The translations under genes and the position numbers were made by a program. A stretch of DNA of 64,000 bases from Balanoglossus misakiensis (Eukaryota; Animalia; Hemichordata), in the NCBI GenBank assembly GCA_040954595.2, contig CM082578.2:3516831-3580830 (forward strand), read 5' to 3'. The notes under the pieces are model-generated. The model had not been told where the DNA came from, did no database searches, and worked only from the letters and a program-made list of their open reading frames with translations. Below are positions 25,490-35,834 of this stretch, piece by piece (positions within the stretch are counted from its first letter, which is position 1; each line of letters opens with the position of its first letter).

Positions 25490-26290
25490 GTCCTCTGGAC
25501 AATGTAACCTTTGCCACTTTCCCTTTCGTCCCTTGCCGACCATATGTCATGTGTACACTTTCACCCCCAAACCGCAACTGATTTCTTCGCATATCTAGAA
25601 TCACTCTCCTTGACCGCATACAGTCTGCCCCTAGCAACATGTCATCTCCTATCGGCGCTACATACACATCCTCTGTGAATTTGGTCCTTCCCAACTTCAG
25701 ACGCAAAGGACCTACTTTATGGGCTTTCATTTCCATTTCACGCCCTGCAGTTTCCATGATGGTGGTTTTGAGTACTGGGGGCGGTTCCCAAGACGGCTAA
25801 AGAGACGGTCTGAAATGATGGTGACTTCTGCTGCCGTGTCTACTACTGCCTGTACTTTAATCCCTTCAACTAAAATGGGCACACTGTACATAGACCCTGA
25901 CACTAACTGACATATAGTTATGGGCTGGGTGTCATCACCGCTGTGGGGTTCATTTGCTGTGGATTCATCAGCGTCCGAATTCGGGGAATCATACTCCTGT
26001 TCGTCCAAAGACTCCCCTGACGAGTTGTACTGTTCGTTGGTTCGTGCATCCCTAGGGTGTAGATAGAACCCGTGCCCTTGCAATGTATTGTCAGTGTGGG
26101 TATCTAAAGTGGCCTGACACACTGACCCCCCTTCCCGGATTTTGGCACAACCCTTGGTGTCAGTGTGTGTTGTCACCCTGCCAATTCCATTTCCTCCCCC
26201 CTTCACTTTGGGATCATTTCTTCTGAGTATTGGGCCCTTTGGTGGCTCCTGGGTCAAACTTAGGCCCTCTGGTCTGACCCTTTCCCGTTT
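25490..26290 (-). pseudogene. Retroviral aspartic protease region of pol (frameshifted near 25750)
   Basis: VQAVVDTAAEVTIIS in ORF 25727-26257; DDMLLGAD in ORF 24657-25757. Confidence 0.85.
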
Positions 26291-27074
26291 AAATGCTCAG
26301 CGAATGTTACCCGTTTCTCCCCGGAATCTGAGGTCACTCTTTCCCTTCCCTTGGGGCATTCCCTACAGAAGTGTCCAGGTTCCCCACAGTTAAATCATTC
26401 CCGTCCCCTAGGGGAGGGTGACCGAGACCGGCCTGCCACGCGTGAGGATAGGGCAACCACTGTCTTTCTCAAACTCTCTAAAGTTTTGGCCATTTCAGTC
26501 ATTTGTTCGCGAAGGGTATTTATCCCGGGACTGGGACTCAGGTTACATGTACGTGGGGTTCGAAACCTCTCCCGCGAGCCTGTTCCGCTGTCGGTGGGTG
26601 ATAAATCCCGATCTCTGGGGGGTCGCTCCCGAGTGGCTGATCGCACGCGTATGAACTCGTCGTCGCCATCTGTCTCAGATGTTACTCGTTTTACTTCCCA
26701 GCGTGAGGTTCGGTGGCCAAAGATCTCGCGATTGTTATATTGGAACCAACGTATTTGGTCTATGGCCTCTTCCATGGAGGATGCGCGTTGGTTAGCAACG
26801 TAAAGCCCTGCCTCGCGATCGGAGCATCCCTGACAAAACTTCATTATTGCCTGACGGTCCATAGCGCGTTCCGTCAGTTCGGGGAAAGCGTTTGTCGCGA
26901 GGGACAGGATTCGATCGGCCCATTTTTCGGCTGGGACTGCTTCCCGCTTGAGAGGGTGGGCCATAGTACATGGGATAGGGGTTCCCCGGTACTGGAGGGG
27001 CGCCACCACGGTTTTCGGTGGGAAATCGCCAATCAGCGCGTTCGTAGGGGCTGGCTGGGAGCGGTGTGGACCCC
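26260..27074 (-). pseudogene. gag: Gag C-terminal part (partial capsid-like region, CCHC zinc knuckle with the first Cys mutated to TGA)
   Basis: WADRILSLATNAFP...KFCQG; E*FNCGEPGHFCRECP; ends KRVTFAEHLNGKGSDQRA*. Confidence 0.85.
26287..26293 (-). promoter_or_regulatory. Probable -1 ribosomal frameshift slippery site T-TTA-AAC between gag and pol
   Basis: The heptamer is in correct phase; the -1 frame reads into ORF 25727-26257 (protease). Confidence 0.75.
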
Positions 27075-27776
27075 AGTAGTATACGTGGCTACTTGGGGAC
27101 TCATTACATATTCATATATTCATATATTCATGTATTCATATTATATATTCATGTATTCATGAGATGCATATATGTTAATGAGGTGGCTACTTGGGGACTC
27201 ATTATATATTCAAATATTCATATATTCATATATTCATATCATATATTCATGTATTCATGAGATGCAGATATGTTAATGAGGTGGCTACTTGGGGACTCGT
27301 TATATATTCAAATATTCATATATTCATGTATTCATATCATATATTCATGTATTCATAAGATGCAGATATGCTAATGATGAGGTGGCTATTTGGGTACTCG
27401 TTAATATTCATATTATTAATGAGATGCAGGTATTTTTATGGAGTAGGTGTTTAATAAGTATGGTAATGATATGAAATATTTTCATGGGGATGCTAATTAA
27501 AAGTATAGAAAGTTATTGAATTCGGCAAGACTTCTATTTAATTAACCCCCACGTGGTCGGTGGTTACTGGGGTACCGATAAGGGGGTCATTCTCATAGGT
27601 GTTGATAGGGAGGCGTTTCAGAGAGGGGGGTCATACTTAATATGGTAATGATATGAAATATTTTCATGGAGACGTAAATTAAAAGTATAGAAAGTTATTG
27701 AATTCGGCGATGTTTCTATTTAATTAACCCCCACGTGGTCGGTGACTACTTGAGTACCGATAAAGGGTTTCATTCT
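27075..27776 (+). repeat. Polinton left terminal inverted repeat (~702 bp) with internal tandem repeats
   Basis: Reverse complement of 41191-41891. Contains ~98-bp tandem units (GTGGCTA starts at 27085, 27183, 27281, 27382) and a ~182-bp duplication (27459 and 27641). Confidence 0.95.
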
Positions 27777-27806
27777 GAGACAAGATTTTGTTGCTCGTGT
27801 AGGGAG

Positions 27807-28130
27807 ATGTATTATGTGGTTGATGAGATCGAAAAAGAGGATCGTATACAATGGTTAAACACGTATTTCATTTTAAGCTGTTTGCGATACATTAGGAAAA
27901 AGCATGGTAACATTAGTGGGAAGGAGTGTTATACTTTTCTACAGCACACTGATGCTAACGATGTGTTAGAGCTTTTCTGGAATATGACTTTCAAGTCTTT
28001 TCAGCCACCGCCGTCGCTTTCAGAACTGGCATGTGTGAAAGACCGCTTTACCTATAGAAATGTGAGTAGCGGGACCTGTATTGTTAGAATGGGGCATTGC
28101 ATCGACGCCCTCCTCACACGTTTTACGTAA
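27807..28130 (+). CDS. Polinton orphan ORF (~107 aa from first ATG), with a possible BC-box-like PPSLSELAC motif
   Basis: Open frame just inside the left TIR; first ATG at 27807; no recognisable domain. Confidence 0.5.
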   Translation: MYYVVDEIEKEDRIQWLNTYFILSCLRYIRKKHGNISGKECYTFLQHTDANDVLELFWNMTFKSFQPPPSLSELACVKDRFTYRNVSSGTCIVRMGHCIDALLTRFT

Positions 28131-28136
28131 TGAGTT

Positions 28137-28796
28137 GTGGAAAACGAGATAAAACCACCGAGGAAAGCTGCCGAAAAGTCATCATCATTCGACAGCGATC
28201 TGGAGATACACCTCACAAAATTACAGAGGTCCTTACATCCTAACAGTACGTCGGAGAACGAGAAATACATCGGCTGGAAGATGGCACACCAGAACCAATG
28301 TCTTAACCAACAGACCACCGTCGCTGCAGGAGTCCAGACCATTGATGGGGATCCGACGGCAGAATGGGGTGATAACGGGGACTTCACACCGCAAGAACAG
28401 GAACTCATCAACCAGTGGGCTGATGAGGAAGAGGCGTTGTACCGGTACGAGACGAAGTTCATGGATCTACTACAAGATCATTTATCAGTCTTTATATGTC
28501 AGGTAGCCGATGAAAATTGTGAAGGTTGTGAGCTTCAAGACCCATCGCAGATACACCATGACTGTCTAATGTTGACCAATGCCGAGAAGATATATGCATA
28601 CTTCGAAGTGGGCCTTAAAAGAATGGACATATGTGAGTTGATACGGGTATTACGAAGAGAGACTGATGTAACCAACGCCCACCTTTTAACAGTTATGTCC
28701 CGACAGAGGTGGCTGTACAGCGATTCCTCCTGTGATGATGCCCGCCGTGAAGAATTTATGGATCGGTTGATCTTGAGAGAGAATCAAAGACAATGA
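28137..28796 (+). CDS. Polinton accessory protein with a CxxC...PSQxxHxC putative zinc-binding motif (first ATG 28281)
   Basis: 219-aa open frame containing CEGCELQDPSQIHHDC; followed by an A-tract and AATAAA near 29008. Confidence 0.65.
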   Translation: MENEIKPPRKAAEKSSSFDSDLEIHLTKLQRSLHPNSTSENEKYIGWKMAHQNQCLNQQTTVAAGVQTIDGDPTAEWGDNGDFTPQEQELINQWADEEEALYRYETKFMDLLQDHLSVFICQVADENCEGCELQDPSQIHHDCLMLTNAEKIYAYFEVGLKRMDICELIRVLRRETDVTNAHLLTVMSRQRWLYSDSSCDDARREEFMDRLILRENQRQ

Positions 28797-28825
28797 GAAC
28801 TAGTCAATGAGTCGGCGTAGTAACC

Positions 28826-28856
<31 letters not shown>

Positions 28857-29106
28857 GATGCCGACATATCACAATTTAACTCTGAATTTTTAAAATGATG
28901 ACATATTTTACATCTAAGACAATGTGTATTCTTTTTCTTTTCAACATTTTTACATGTGTGAATTGTTCATACACTTAACATATCTATAACGGTATGTTGT
29001 TTTTTACAATAAATAGACTTGAGTTCCAAGAGAAACTGAATCAGACGGTGTTTGTGTCTATCCCTGTACACATATCCCTCCTCAGCAACCCCTCTCATCC
29101 TTTCAG

Positions 29107-32100
29107 TTGTCAGTTATGGCCGATAGAACGCAGCCCGCCCCGTTAACTGCACAAGCCATCGCGGCGTGTGGCTCCATAGCCGAACTGGATAACCTTCTAG
29201 CATCCCATGGTGAAAACCTATCCCCTGACTTATCCCTCCTGGCCATGGATGCACGGTGCCGGATGCTCGAGAACTATGTGGAAGTACACCAACCCTCGCT
29301 TGAACAGGCAATACAGACATGCCAGACATTCGATGAATTGGATGCATTGCTATCCGAAATCCCTGACATGACTCCGAAGCTATGTACCCTCGGTCTACAG
29401 GCACGTTGCCGCCTAATCCAAGAGTTTGGTCAGAGTGCGCTTCATGATGCTGAGGTAAGTTCAAACGTGTTAGAACATCCTTGTTCATCAGATTCCCTAT
29501 ACATGAGTGAAAATCAGAGTATCGCCGAACACAGTAGTTGTATACAACGTGGTGGTGATGCTCCCATAGAATTTGTCAATGTTGTTAGCGATCAACAACC
29601 CTCCCATGGATCTCAACTTCACGAATTAAGAGATCCGACTACACCCCCTCCTGCTAAACGCGGGCGTCTTGATCAAGACGATCAGGATGTCGAATTATAT
29701 CAGATACGCGAAGTGACTAAGCGATTCATCAAAAAGTTTAAAACAACGGCTAGCGACTACGTAGTTAATTTCACTCCTGTGGAAAGCCGAAATTTACAGG
29801 ACGCGTTAAATGCACTCTACCAGCGTTTTGATAAGTTAATAGGTGAGCTGACTAGCGACATGAAATCGAGGGACAAAATTCGGTTAGTTCTACGTACACC
29901 ACAGCTAGAGAAACCTGTTAGTTTACCGTTTGTATGTGTACGGGATTTCAAAACGGATCAGGTATTTGCACAAATTCAACGAGTAATGCAGTCATACGAA
30001 GATTTCCAAATAAATGAGGATGTTTGTGTAAATGTTGTTCACGTTGATATGCCCGAGGGAGGGAGGGGTCCTGTGATGAAGAAAATCAATCTGCCAGAGT
30101 ACTTTGGATCTAAACGCTCTATTATTCGTATTCAGAATAAGGATGATCTTTGCTGCGCCCGCGCTATTGTTGTAGCCAAAGCTAGGATAGACAAACACAA
30201 GAAATACGATCAGATTCGTAAGTCAGACAAAAGTATCCAGGGTGAACTAGCTATAAAACTCCATGAGGATGCAGGGGTACCACTGGCAAAGTGTGGGTTG
30301 CAAGAGGTTCAAAGATTCCAGGCTGTTTTGCCAGGGTATCAAATCAACGTTTACTCTACGCAGCACGCGGCTCGTAACGGCATCATTTATTCGGGACCAG
30401 ACGCCGATAAATATATATATCTGTATTATCACGACAACCACTTTAATGTTATTACAAGTATGAAGGTGGTGGTAGGTCGTTCGTATTACTGTGACAAGTG
30501 TAAGATAGGTTATAATGATGCATATAAACACCCCTGCGAAAAAGTGTGTCTAAATTGCAAGAGAAATGAATGTAGTAACCCCAGTGCTGATGAAAATAAC
30601 GCGGTGTATTGTAAATCATGCAATCGTGTTTTCTATAGTGAAGAATGCTTCGACCTGCATCGCACATTAACTAAGAAGAGTAAGAAGACAACGTGTGTTA
30701 AATATTATAGGTGTCGTAAATGTGGACAGTGGGTCCATCGTGAAGATTCTAGACGTAAGGGTAAGGGTCATATCTGCGGTGAATCCATTTGTCGTACGTG
30801 CAACCGTTTCATGCCCCAGGGACATAAGTGTTATATGAACGCAGCAGAATCAGCTGAGGATAGGGAACGTCGAGCGAGCGCGAAGAAAGCGTCAGGTACC
30901 AAAACAAAAGAAGCAGGTGTTGACGGGGATACTGCTAGTGTAGGACGCAAGCGACCACATGATTTAACTATTTTCTACGACTTCGAAAGTAGGTTCCACC
31001 CGGACACAGGGACACACATCCCGAACCTCTGCGTAGCACAGCGCGTGTGTCGTAGTTGTATGGGACGACGACAGCTCGATAATGAAAGTCATTGCAGCGA
31101 ATGTGGGAAGAATCAGTATATATTCAGAGGCGATACATCTGCCGAACAGTTTTGCGCGTGGCTTTTCACACCTGAAAATTCGGGGGCTATCGTCTTGGCT
31201 CATAACTCTCAGGCGTATGATTCTTACTTTGTTTTATCGTATCTGGAGAAAAACGGTGTACTACCTGAGGTTATAGTTAATGGCGGTAAATTTATGTGTA
31301 TCACCGTCCCACACGTCGGAATAAAACTCATCGACAGTCTAAACTTCATGCCTATGCCTCTACAGAAATTACCCTCGGCTTTCAACCTACAAGACGTCAA
31401 GAAGGGTGAATTTCCGTTTCACTTTAACACCCCCGAGAATCAGAATTACGTTGGCCCCATGCCCCCTCTTGAGAGTTACGATATCGACGGTAAAAAACCC
31501 GGGGATAGGGAGAAATTTATCCGATGGTACAACGGTATGGTTGATGCAGGTAAACAGTTCGACTTTCAGGCAGAACTGATAGCCTATTGCAAAAGCGACG
31601 TGGATGTTTTGCGTTTGGCCTGTCTAGAGTTCCGTAAATTATTCATGAACGCCTCAAAAACCCAGCGTGTCGATGAGTCATGTACTGATGACATTGGCAT
31701 GTGTCCGTTTAGAAACGCCATAACTATATCGTCTGCGTGTATGAAACTCTTTCAGAGAAATTTCATGAAAGAGGATACCATCGGTCTCATTCCTAGTCAG
31801 GGGTATGTTAATCCGGTTAAATCTTCGGTAAAGTGCGAACGATGGTTGAAATATCAATCACACAAGCTCGGTCAACAAATAAAGCATGCAAGAAACAGTG
31901 GGGAGTTTCAAATCGGTAGTCTGCGGGTTGATGGGTACATTGAGAGTCAGAAGCGGGTGTTAGAGTTTTACGGTTGTTTCTATCACGGTTGCCCAAAGTG
32001 CTATTCGGGAAAAACTATGAATCCGGTTAGCGGTCTCACGATGGAAGAGTTGTATGATAAGACACAGAGTCGAAGACAGTTCATTCTCGCGGCAGGTTAC

Positions 32101-33654
32101 GACATGGTTGAGATTTGGGAGTGTGAGTACGAGAGACAAATGAAAGAGGATAGGGAGATGAAAGAATACATCAGCTCTCTACCGATCTACGATCGCTTAA
32201 AACCTCGCGACGGATTCTACGGCGGGCGCACGAATGCTGTTAAATTGTATCATACAGTTAAACCAGGGGAGGAGATAAAATATGTTGATATCTGTAGCTT
32301 ATACCCTTGGTCTTGCAAATGGGGTAAATACGTTGTCGGTCACCCCGAAGTAATTACAGAAGGTTTCCCGCCCGATAACGATATAACAGCTTTCGAGGGT
32401 TTAATCAAATGTAAAGTGTTACCACCACGTGAATTGTTTCTACCACTACTGCCGTTAAAGTGTAACGATAAATTGGTTTTCACTCTATGTCGGGTTTGTG
32501 CTGAGAAGTGTGCTTCGACACACGTTTGCTTACACTCAGATGAAGAGCGTGCGCTTACCGGAGTCTGGACTTCTCTGGAGTTAAAGAAGGCTGTTTCGCT
32601 TGGATACCGCATTATTTCACTCCATGAAGTGTGGCATTATGCAAATACGACAGAGTACAGTAAGGAGAATGTCGATGGGGGTCTCTTCACTGAATATATT
32701 AACACCTTTCTGAAGATGAAACAGGAGGCGAGTGGTTATCCAGACTGGTGTAAGACGGAAGAGGAGAAGACGAAATACATCTCCGACTACTACGAGCGTG
32801 AGGGTATCTTGCTCGATAGAGCGAATATCTCGGCAAACCCCGCGATGCGTTCTCTCGCTAAGTTGCTGCTGAACTCTTTCTGGGGGAAATTCGGACAGAG
32901 GGATAATCTACCACAATCGATCTACGTATCTGACCTGCAGAGCTACTACGACATCTTAAACGACGAAACAAAGGAAGTCAACGACCTCTACGTAGTCAGC
33001 GATGAACTTTTGAACATAACATACACAGATGCGTCTGAGTTTGCACGCTCGAACCCGCGATCAAGTGTTGTGATCGCCTGTTACACCACCTCTCAAGCCC
33101 GTCTCAAGTTATACGAGACTCTGGAGAAGTTCAGGGATGACCAGATCCTCTACTTTGACACAGACTCATGTATATATGTCAGTAGACCTGGTCAGTACGA
33201 TCCTGAGCTCGGTTCTTATTTAGGCGATTTCACCGACGAACTATCTGGGAATTATATTACCACGTTTGTCAGCGCCGGACCCAAGAGCTATGCATATCAG
33301 TTAGCACCGAATAGTGATGGAGTGGTGGATACAGAGTGCAAAGTTAAGGGCGTGAAGTTGAGCTTCAGGAACAAAAGTATAGTAAACTTTGAATCCATGA
33401 AGGCTCTCGTCACAGGAACCGGCGCAAGTCGACTTATCACCACCGAACCACACAAGATCAGGAGGGATAAGAAGCGGAAGGAGATCATCAGCCAGAGGGA
33501 GGAGAAAGTATTCCGTCTTGTCTACGACAAACGAGTGTTGTGCGAGGATTATACCACGCTCCCGTATGGATACTCGGGTATCAGCCAGGAGGAAATGGAC
33601 GTGTTCGAGTCTCTATTAATGGAGTCTGATTATTGCGATTATATCGGATTCTAG
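29107..33654 (+). CDS. polB: Protein-primed family B DNA polymerase (pPolB) with N-terminal terminal-protein region, Cys-rich fingers and inserted VSR-like nuclease domain
   Basis: Exonuclease motifs FYDFES, LAHNSQAYDSYF, YCKSDVDVL. Polymerase motifs YVDICSLYP, KLLLNSFWGKF, YFDTDS. VSR-like VDGY...EFYGCFYHGC. First ATG at 29116. Confidence 0.97.
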   Translation: MSVMADRTQPAPLTAQAIAACGSIAELDNLLASHGENLSPDLSLLAMDARCRMLENYVEVHQPSLEQAIQTCQTFDELDALLSEIPDMTPKLCTLGLQARCRLIQEFGQSALHDAEVSSNVLEHPCSSDSLYMSENQSIAEHSSCIQRGGDAPIEFVNVVSDQQPSHGSQLHELRDPTTPPPAKRGRLDQDDQDVELYQIREVTKRFIKKFKTTASDYVVNFTPVESRNLQDALNALYQRFDKLIGELTSDMKSRDKIRLVLRTPQLEKPVSLPFVCVRDFKTDQVFAQIQRVMQSYEDFQINEDVCVNVVHVDMPEGGRGPVMKKINLPEYFGSKRSIIRIQNKDDLCCARAIVVAKARIDKHKKYDQIRKSDKSIQGELAIKLHEDAGVPLAKCGLQEVQRFQAVLPGYQINVYSTQHAARNGIIYSGPDADKYIYLYYHDNHFNVITSMKVVVGRSYYCDKCKIGYNDAYKHPCEKVCLNCKRNECSNPSADENNAVYCKSCNRVFYSEECFDLHRTLTKKSKKTTCVKYYRCRKCGQWVHREDSRRKGKGHICGESICRTCNRFMPQGHKCYMNAAESAEDRERRASAKKASGTKTKEAGVDGDTASVGRKRPHDLTIFYDFESRFHPDTGTHIPNLCVAQRVCRSCMGRRQLDNESHCSECGKNQYIFRGDTSAEQFCAWLFTPENSGAIVLAHNSQAYDSYFVLSYLEKNGVLPEVIVNGGKFMCITVPHVGIKLIDSLNFMPMPLQKLPSAFNLQDVKKGEFPFHFNTPENQNYVGPMPPLESYDIDGKKPGDREKFIRWYNGMVDAGKQFDFQAELIAYCKSDVDVLRLACLEFRKLFMNASKTQRVDESCTDDIGMCPFRNAITISSACMKLFQRNFMKEDTIGLIPSQGYVNPVKSSVKCERWLKYQSHKLGQQIKHARNSGEFQIGSLRVDGYIESQKRVLEFYGCFYHGCPKCYSGKTMNPVSGLTMEELYDKTQSRRQFILAAGYDMVEIWECEYERQMKEDREMKEYISSLPIYDRLKPRDGFYGGRTNAVKLYHTVKPGEEIKYVDICSLYPWSCKWGKYVVGHPEVITEGFPPDNDITAFEGLIKCKVLPPRELFLPLLPLKCNDKLVFTLCRVCAEKCASTHVCLHSDEERALTGVWTSLELKKAVSLGYRIISLHEVWHYANTTEYSKENVDGGLFTEYINTFLKMKQEASGYPDWCKTEEEKTKYISDYYEREGILLDRANISANPAMRSLAKLLLNSFWGKFGQRDNLPQSIYVSDLQSYYDILNDETKEVNDLYVVSDELLNITYTDASEFARSNPRSSVVIACYTTSQARLKLYETLEKFRDDQILYFDTDSCIYVSRPGQYDPELGSYLGDFTDELSGNYITTFVSAGPKSYAYQLAPNSDGVVDTECKVKGVKLSFRNKSIVNFESMKALVTGTGASRLITTEPHKIRRDKKRKEIISQREEKVFRLVYDKRVLCEDYTTLPYGYSGISQEEMDVFESLLMESDYCDYIGF

Positions 33655-33718
33655 CATCTAAAATGCTATCGTCAGGACATGTCGAGATCATTTGAACACT
33701 GTGCTTACGCCAGCCAGG

Positions 33719-34357
33719 ATGATTATCAAGTTTGAACACCCATTTAACGGTATTGTGGCAGGCCCGTCACAAAGTGGGAAAACATACTTTGTGAAGAGGT
33801 TGCTCTGCTCTTTAAATGAGATGTTTTCACCACCGCCGAAGAAAATCATCTGGTGCTACGGTGCTTTTCAACAGGTGTTCAGCGAGATAAAATCCTTGGT
33901 ACCCGCTATTGAGTTTGTTGAAGGACTTCCCAGCAATTTTAAAGACTTGGTGAATCCCGCAATTCCGAATCTAATTATTCTGGATGATCTGCTATCGGAA
34001 TGTCAGAATAATGCTGAAATTACAAACATGTTCACGCGTGGAACTCATCACCTGAACACTTCGATATTATTTCTTGTGCAGAATTTATTCCAGAGCGGTC
34101 GTGAAATGCGGACTATCAGTTTGAACTCTCACTACATTGTGGTGTTTAAAAACCCTCGAGATGGGGCACAAATAACGCATCTGGCAAAACAGGTTTACCC
34201 CGGTCATATTAATTTTGTGCGTGAGGCCTATGAAAATGCGACCTCTGAACCCTATGGATATATCCTATTTGATTTAAAACCAATGACCAAGGACGACCAC
34301 CGTCTCAGAACATCAATATTTCCGGGGGAGACAACCTATGTGTATGTAAGGAGGTAA
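33719..34357 (+). CDS. FtsK/A32-like DNA packaging ATPase
   Basis: Walker A GPSQSGKT, Walker B LIILDD, RGTHH motif; directly downstream of pPolB. Confidence 0.95.
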   Translation: MIIKFEHPFNGIVAGPSQSGKTYFVKRLLCSLNEMFSPPPKKIIWCYGAFQQVFSEIKSLVPAIEFVEGLPSNFKDLVNPAIPNLIILDDLLSECQNNAEITNMFTRGTHHLNTSILFLVQNLFQSGREMRTISLNSHYIVVFKNPRDGAQITHLAKQVYPGHINFVREAYENATSEPYGYILFDLKPMTKDDHRLRTSIFPGETTYVYVRR

Positions 34358-34394
34358 AAGAACTGGTTTCAAGAACACGACTGTCATTTCAGCC

Positions 34395-34718
34395 ATGTCC
34401 AGCCGTATGAGAAGACACGCCGACTTTTTACGTGTACTAGCCACATGTAACGATAAACAACGCAGAGGTGTCATAAGCGGAGCCAGTAAGGAATTGCTGC
34501 ATTGTATTTGCGAATGTTGTAAGAATGTGTTAAACGGTAACATGAGGATTTCACCGAGCCATAAAAAGAAACTTTCCCGTCATAAAACAGCCATTCGGTT
34601 GTTAGCCGATAAGAAGACACCTCTGGAGAGAAAGAGACGAACTCTGATTCAACGCGGTGGCTTTCTCGCCACACTTTTGGGTCCGATTTTAGGCGTACTC
34701 TCAAGTCTTATCAAGTGA
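34395..34718 (+). CDS. Small basic Polinton protein with an adenovirus pX-like C-terminus (putative virion core/membrane-active protein)
   Basis: 107 aa, K/R-rich, ending LIQRGG/FLATLLGPILGVLSSL, which resembles the adenovirus pX GG-cleavage site plus hydrophobic tail. Confidence 0.75.
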   Translation: MSSRMRRHADFLRVLATCNDKQRRGVISGASKELLHCICECCKNVLNGNMRISPSHKKKLSRHKTAIRLLADKKTPLERKRRTLIQRGGFLATLLGPILGVLSSLIK

Positions 34719-34719
34719 A

Positions 34720-35545
34720 ATGCTGCATGCTAAGAAGATGGCTCTGGTCTCACCGGAAATGTTGGAAGCCCTCCAAGGAAAACAGCCTGGTAGAGTGTCC
34801 CCGCTATCACAAACAATTTCTGCAGTCGATTCCGAGATGAAGGATATTCTTCAGCGCTCAGACTTACCTGAGGATCAGAAGATTAATCTCTACACACAGA
34901 GTCTTCAGCGTTATCTAGCACTCAGTGGTCAACAACGGAGGGATCGAGAGAAACCCGTCCGTGTCCAGGTGACCAACGACGCAGAGTCGACCCCCGAAAT
35001 GGAATCTGACGCAGAGGGGATCGATAAAGATGACACAATAGATTCCTATCAGAGCGTGGCCGAAAGTGTAATTAGTATTGTTCCTAAGACAATGAAGCGT
35101 CGTGCTGAACAATTGTTAGACAGAATGAAATCCCACCCCGGCGTAATCGGTTGGTCAGATAATGGAGAACTCTTGTACAGAGGAGAAGTGATCCGGAATA
35201 GTAATCTCGTTGACTTGATGTACAACGCTTTACGTGTTGGTAAAAGTGGCGATAGACGCAACCCCGTCGGATGGCAACAATTTACACGACCCCTCGCAGA
35301 CATAAACATTCCCGAGGTTCTTGTAACAAATCGCGACTGGTTGTCCTATATAAGGGGGGCATAAGGAAAAATCCGATCTATCGACACCCTCCAGATTATT
35401 GCCGCTGCTACCAAACAGTCCCTCGGGTTTTAAAACCGAAGATGATGAACGGGGCACTTCGTCACGGAAAAAGAAAAGAATTCTATCTACTCCTTTGAGA
35501 AAAAGAAAAGGGACAGTGAAACGTATCAGATGGGACAAGTACTAA
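34720..35545 (+). CDS. Conserved Polinton protein of unknown function; annotated ORF stops at 35364 but continues in the +1 frame to ...RWDKY* at 35545
   Basis: 214-aa ORF (MLHAKKMALVS..., IGWSDNGELLYRGEVIRNSNLVDL, PVGWQQF). Removing one G from G6 at 35354-35359 extends it with a basic tail. Confidence 0.75.
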
Positions 35546-35583
35546 GTCACTGCTTGATTGACAAATATTTTGAGAGACACACA

Positions 35584-35638
<55 letters not shown>

Positions 35639-35834
35639 TTTGACATATTTTTCTGTAATATTTCAATTTCTTTATTACAATACTTTACAATTAACTGACA
35701 TGTAATATTTTTTTTTTATTCTTGAATTAACATTAAATATCAATACATTTGAAAGTAATACTGCCATGTCTGTATGTCTATCTATCTATCTACCTACTAT
35801 CTTATACCACAGTATATCGAAGTAAAATCATTCA

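Noticed and set aside
24657-25757. A functional protease-TatD fusion protein or host TATDN gene
   Set aside because: The protease catalytic motif is in another frame, TatD is truncated, and the ORF lies between LTRs. The fusion is best explained by deletion.
27066-27474. ORFs in the TIRs (and mirror ORFs 41492-41978)
   Set aside because: Low-complexity translations of TIR tandem repeats.
28137-28796. LxCxE Rb-binding oncoprotein-like motif in Polinton orphans
   Set aside because: No exact LxCxE was seen in these ORFs.
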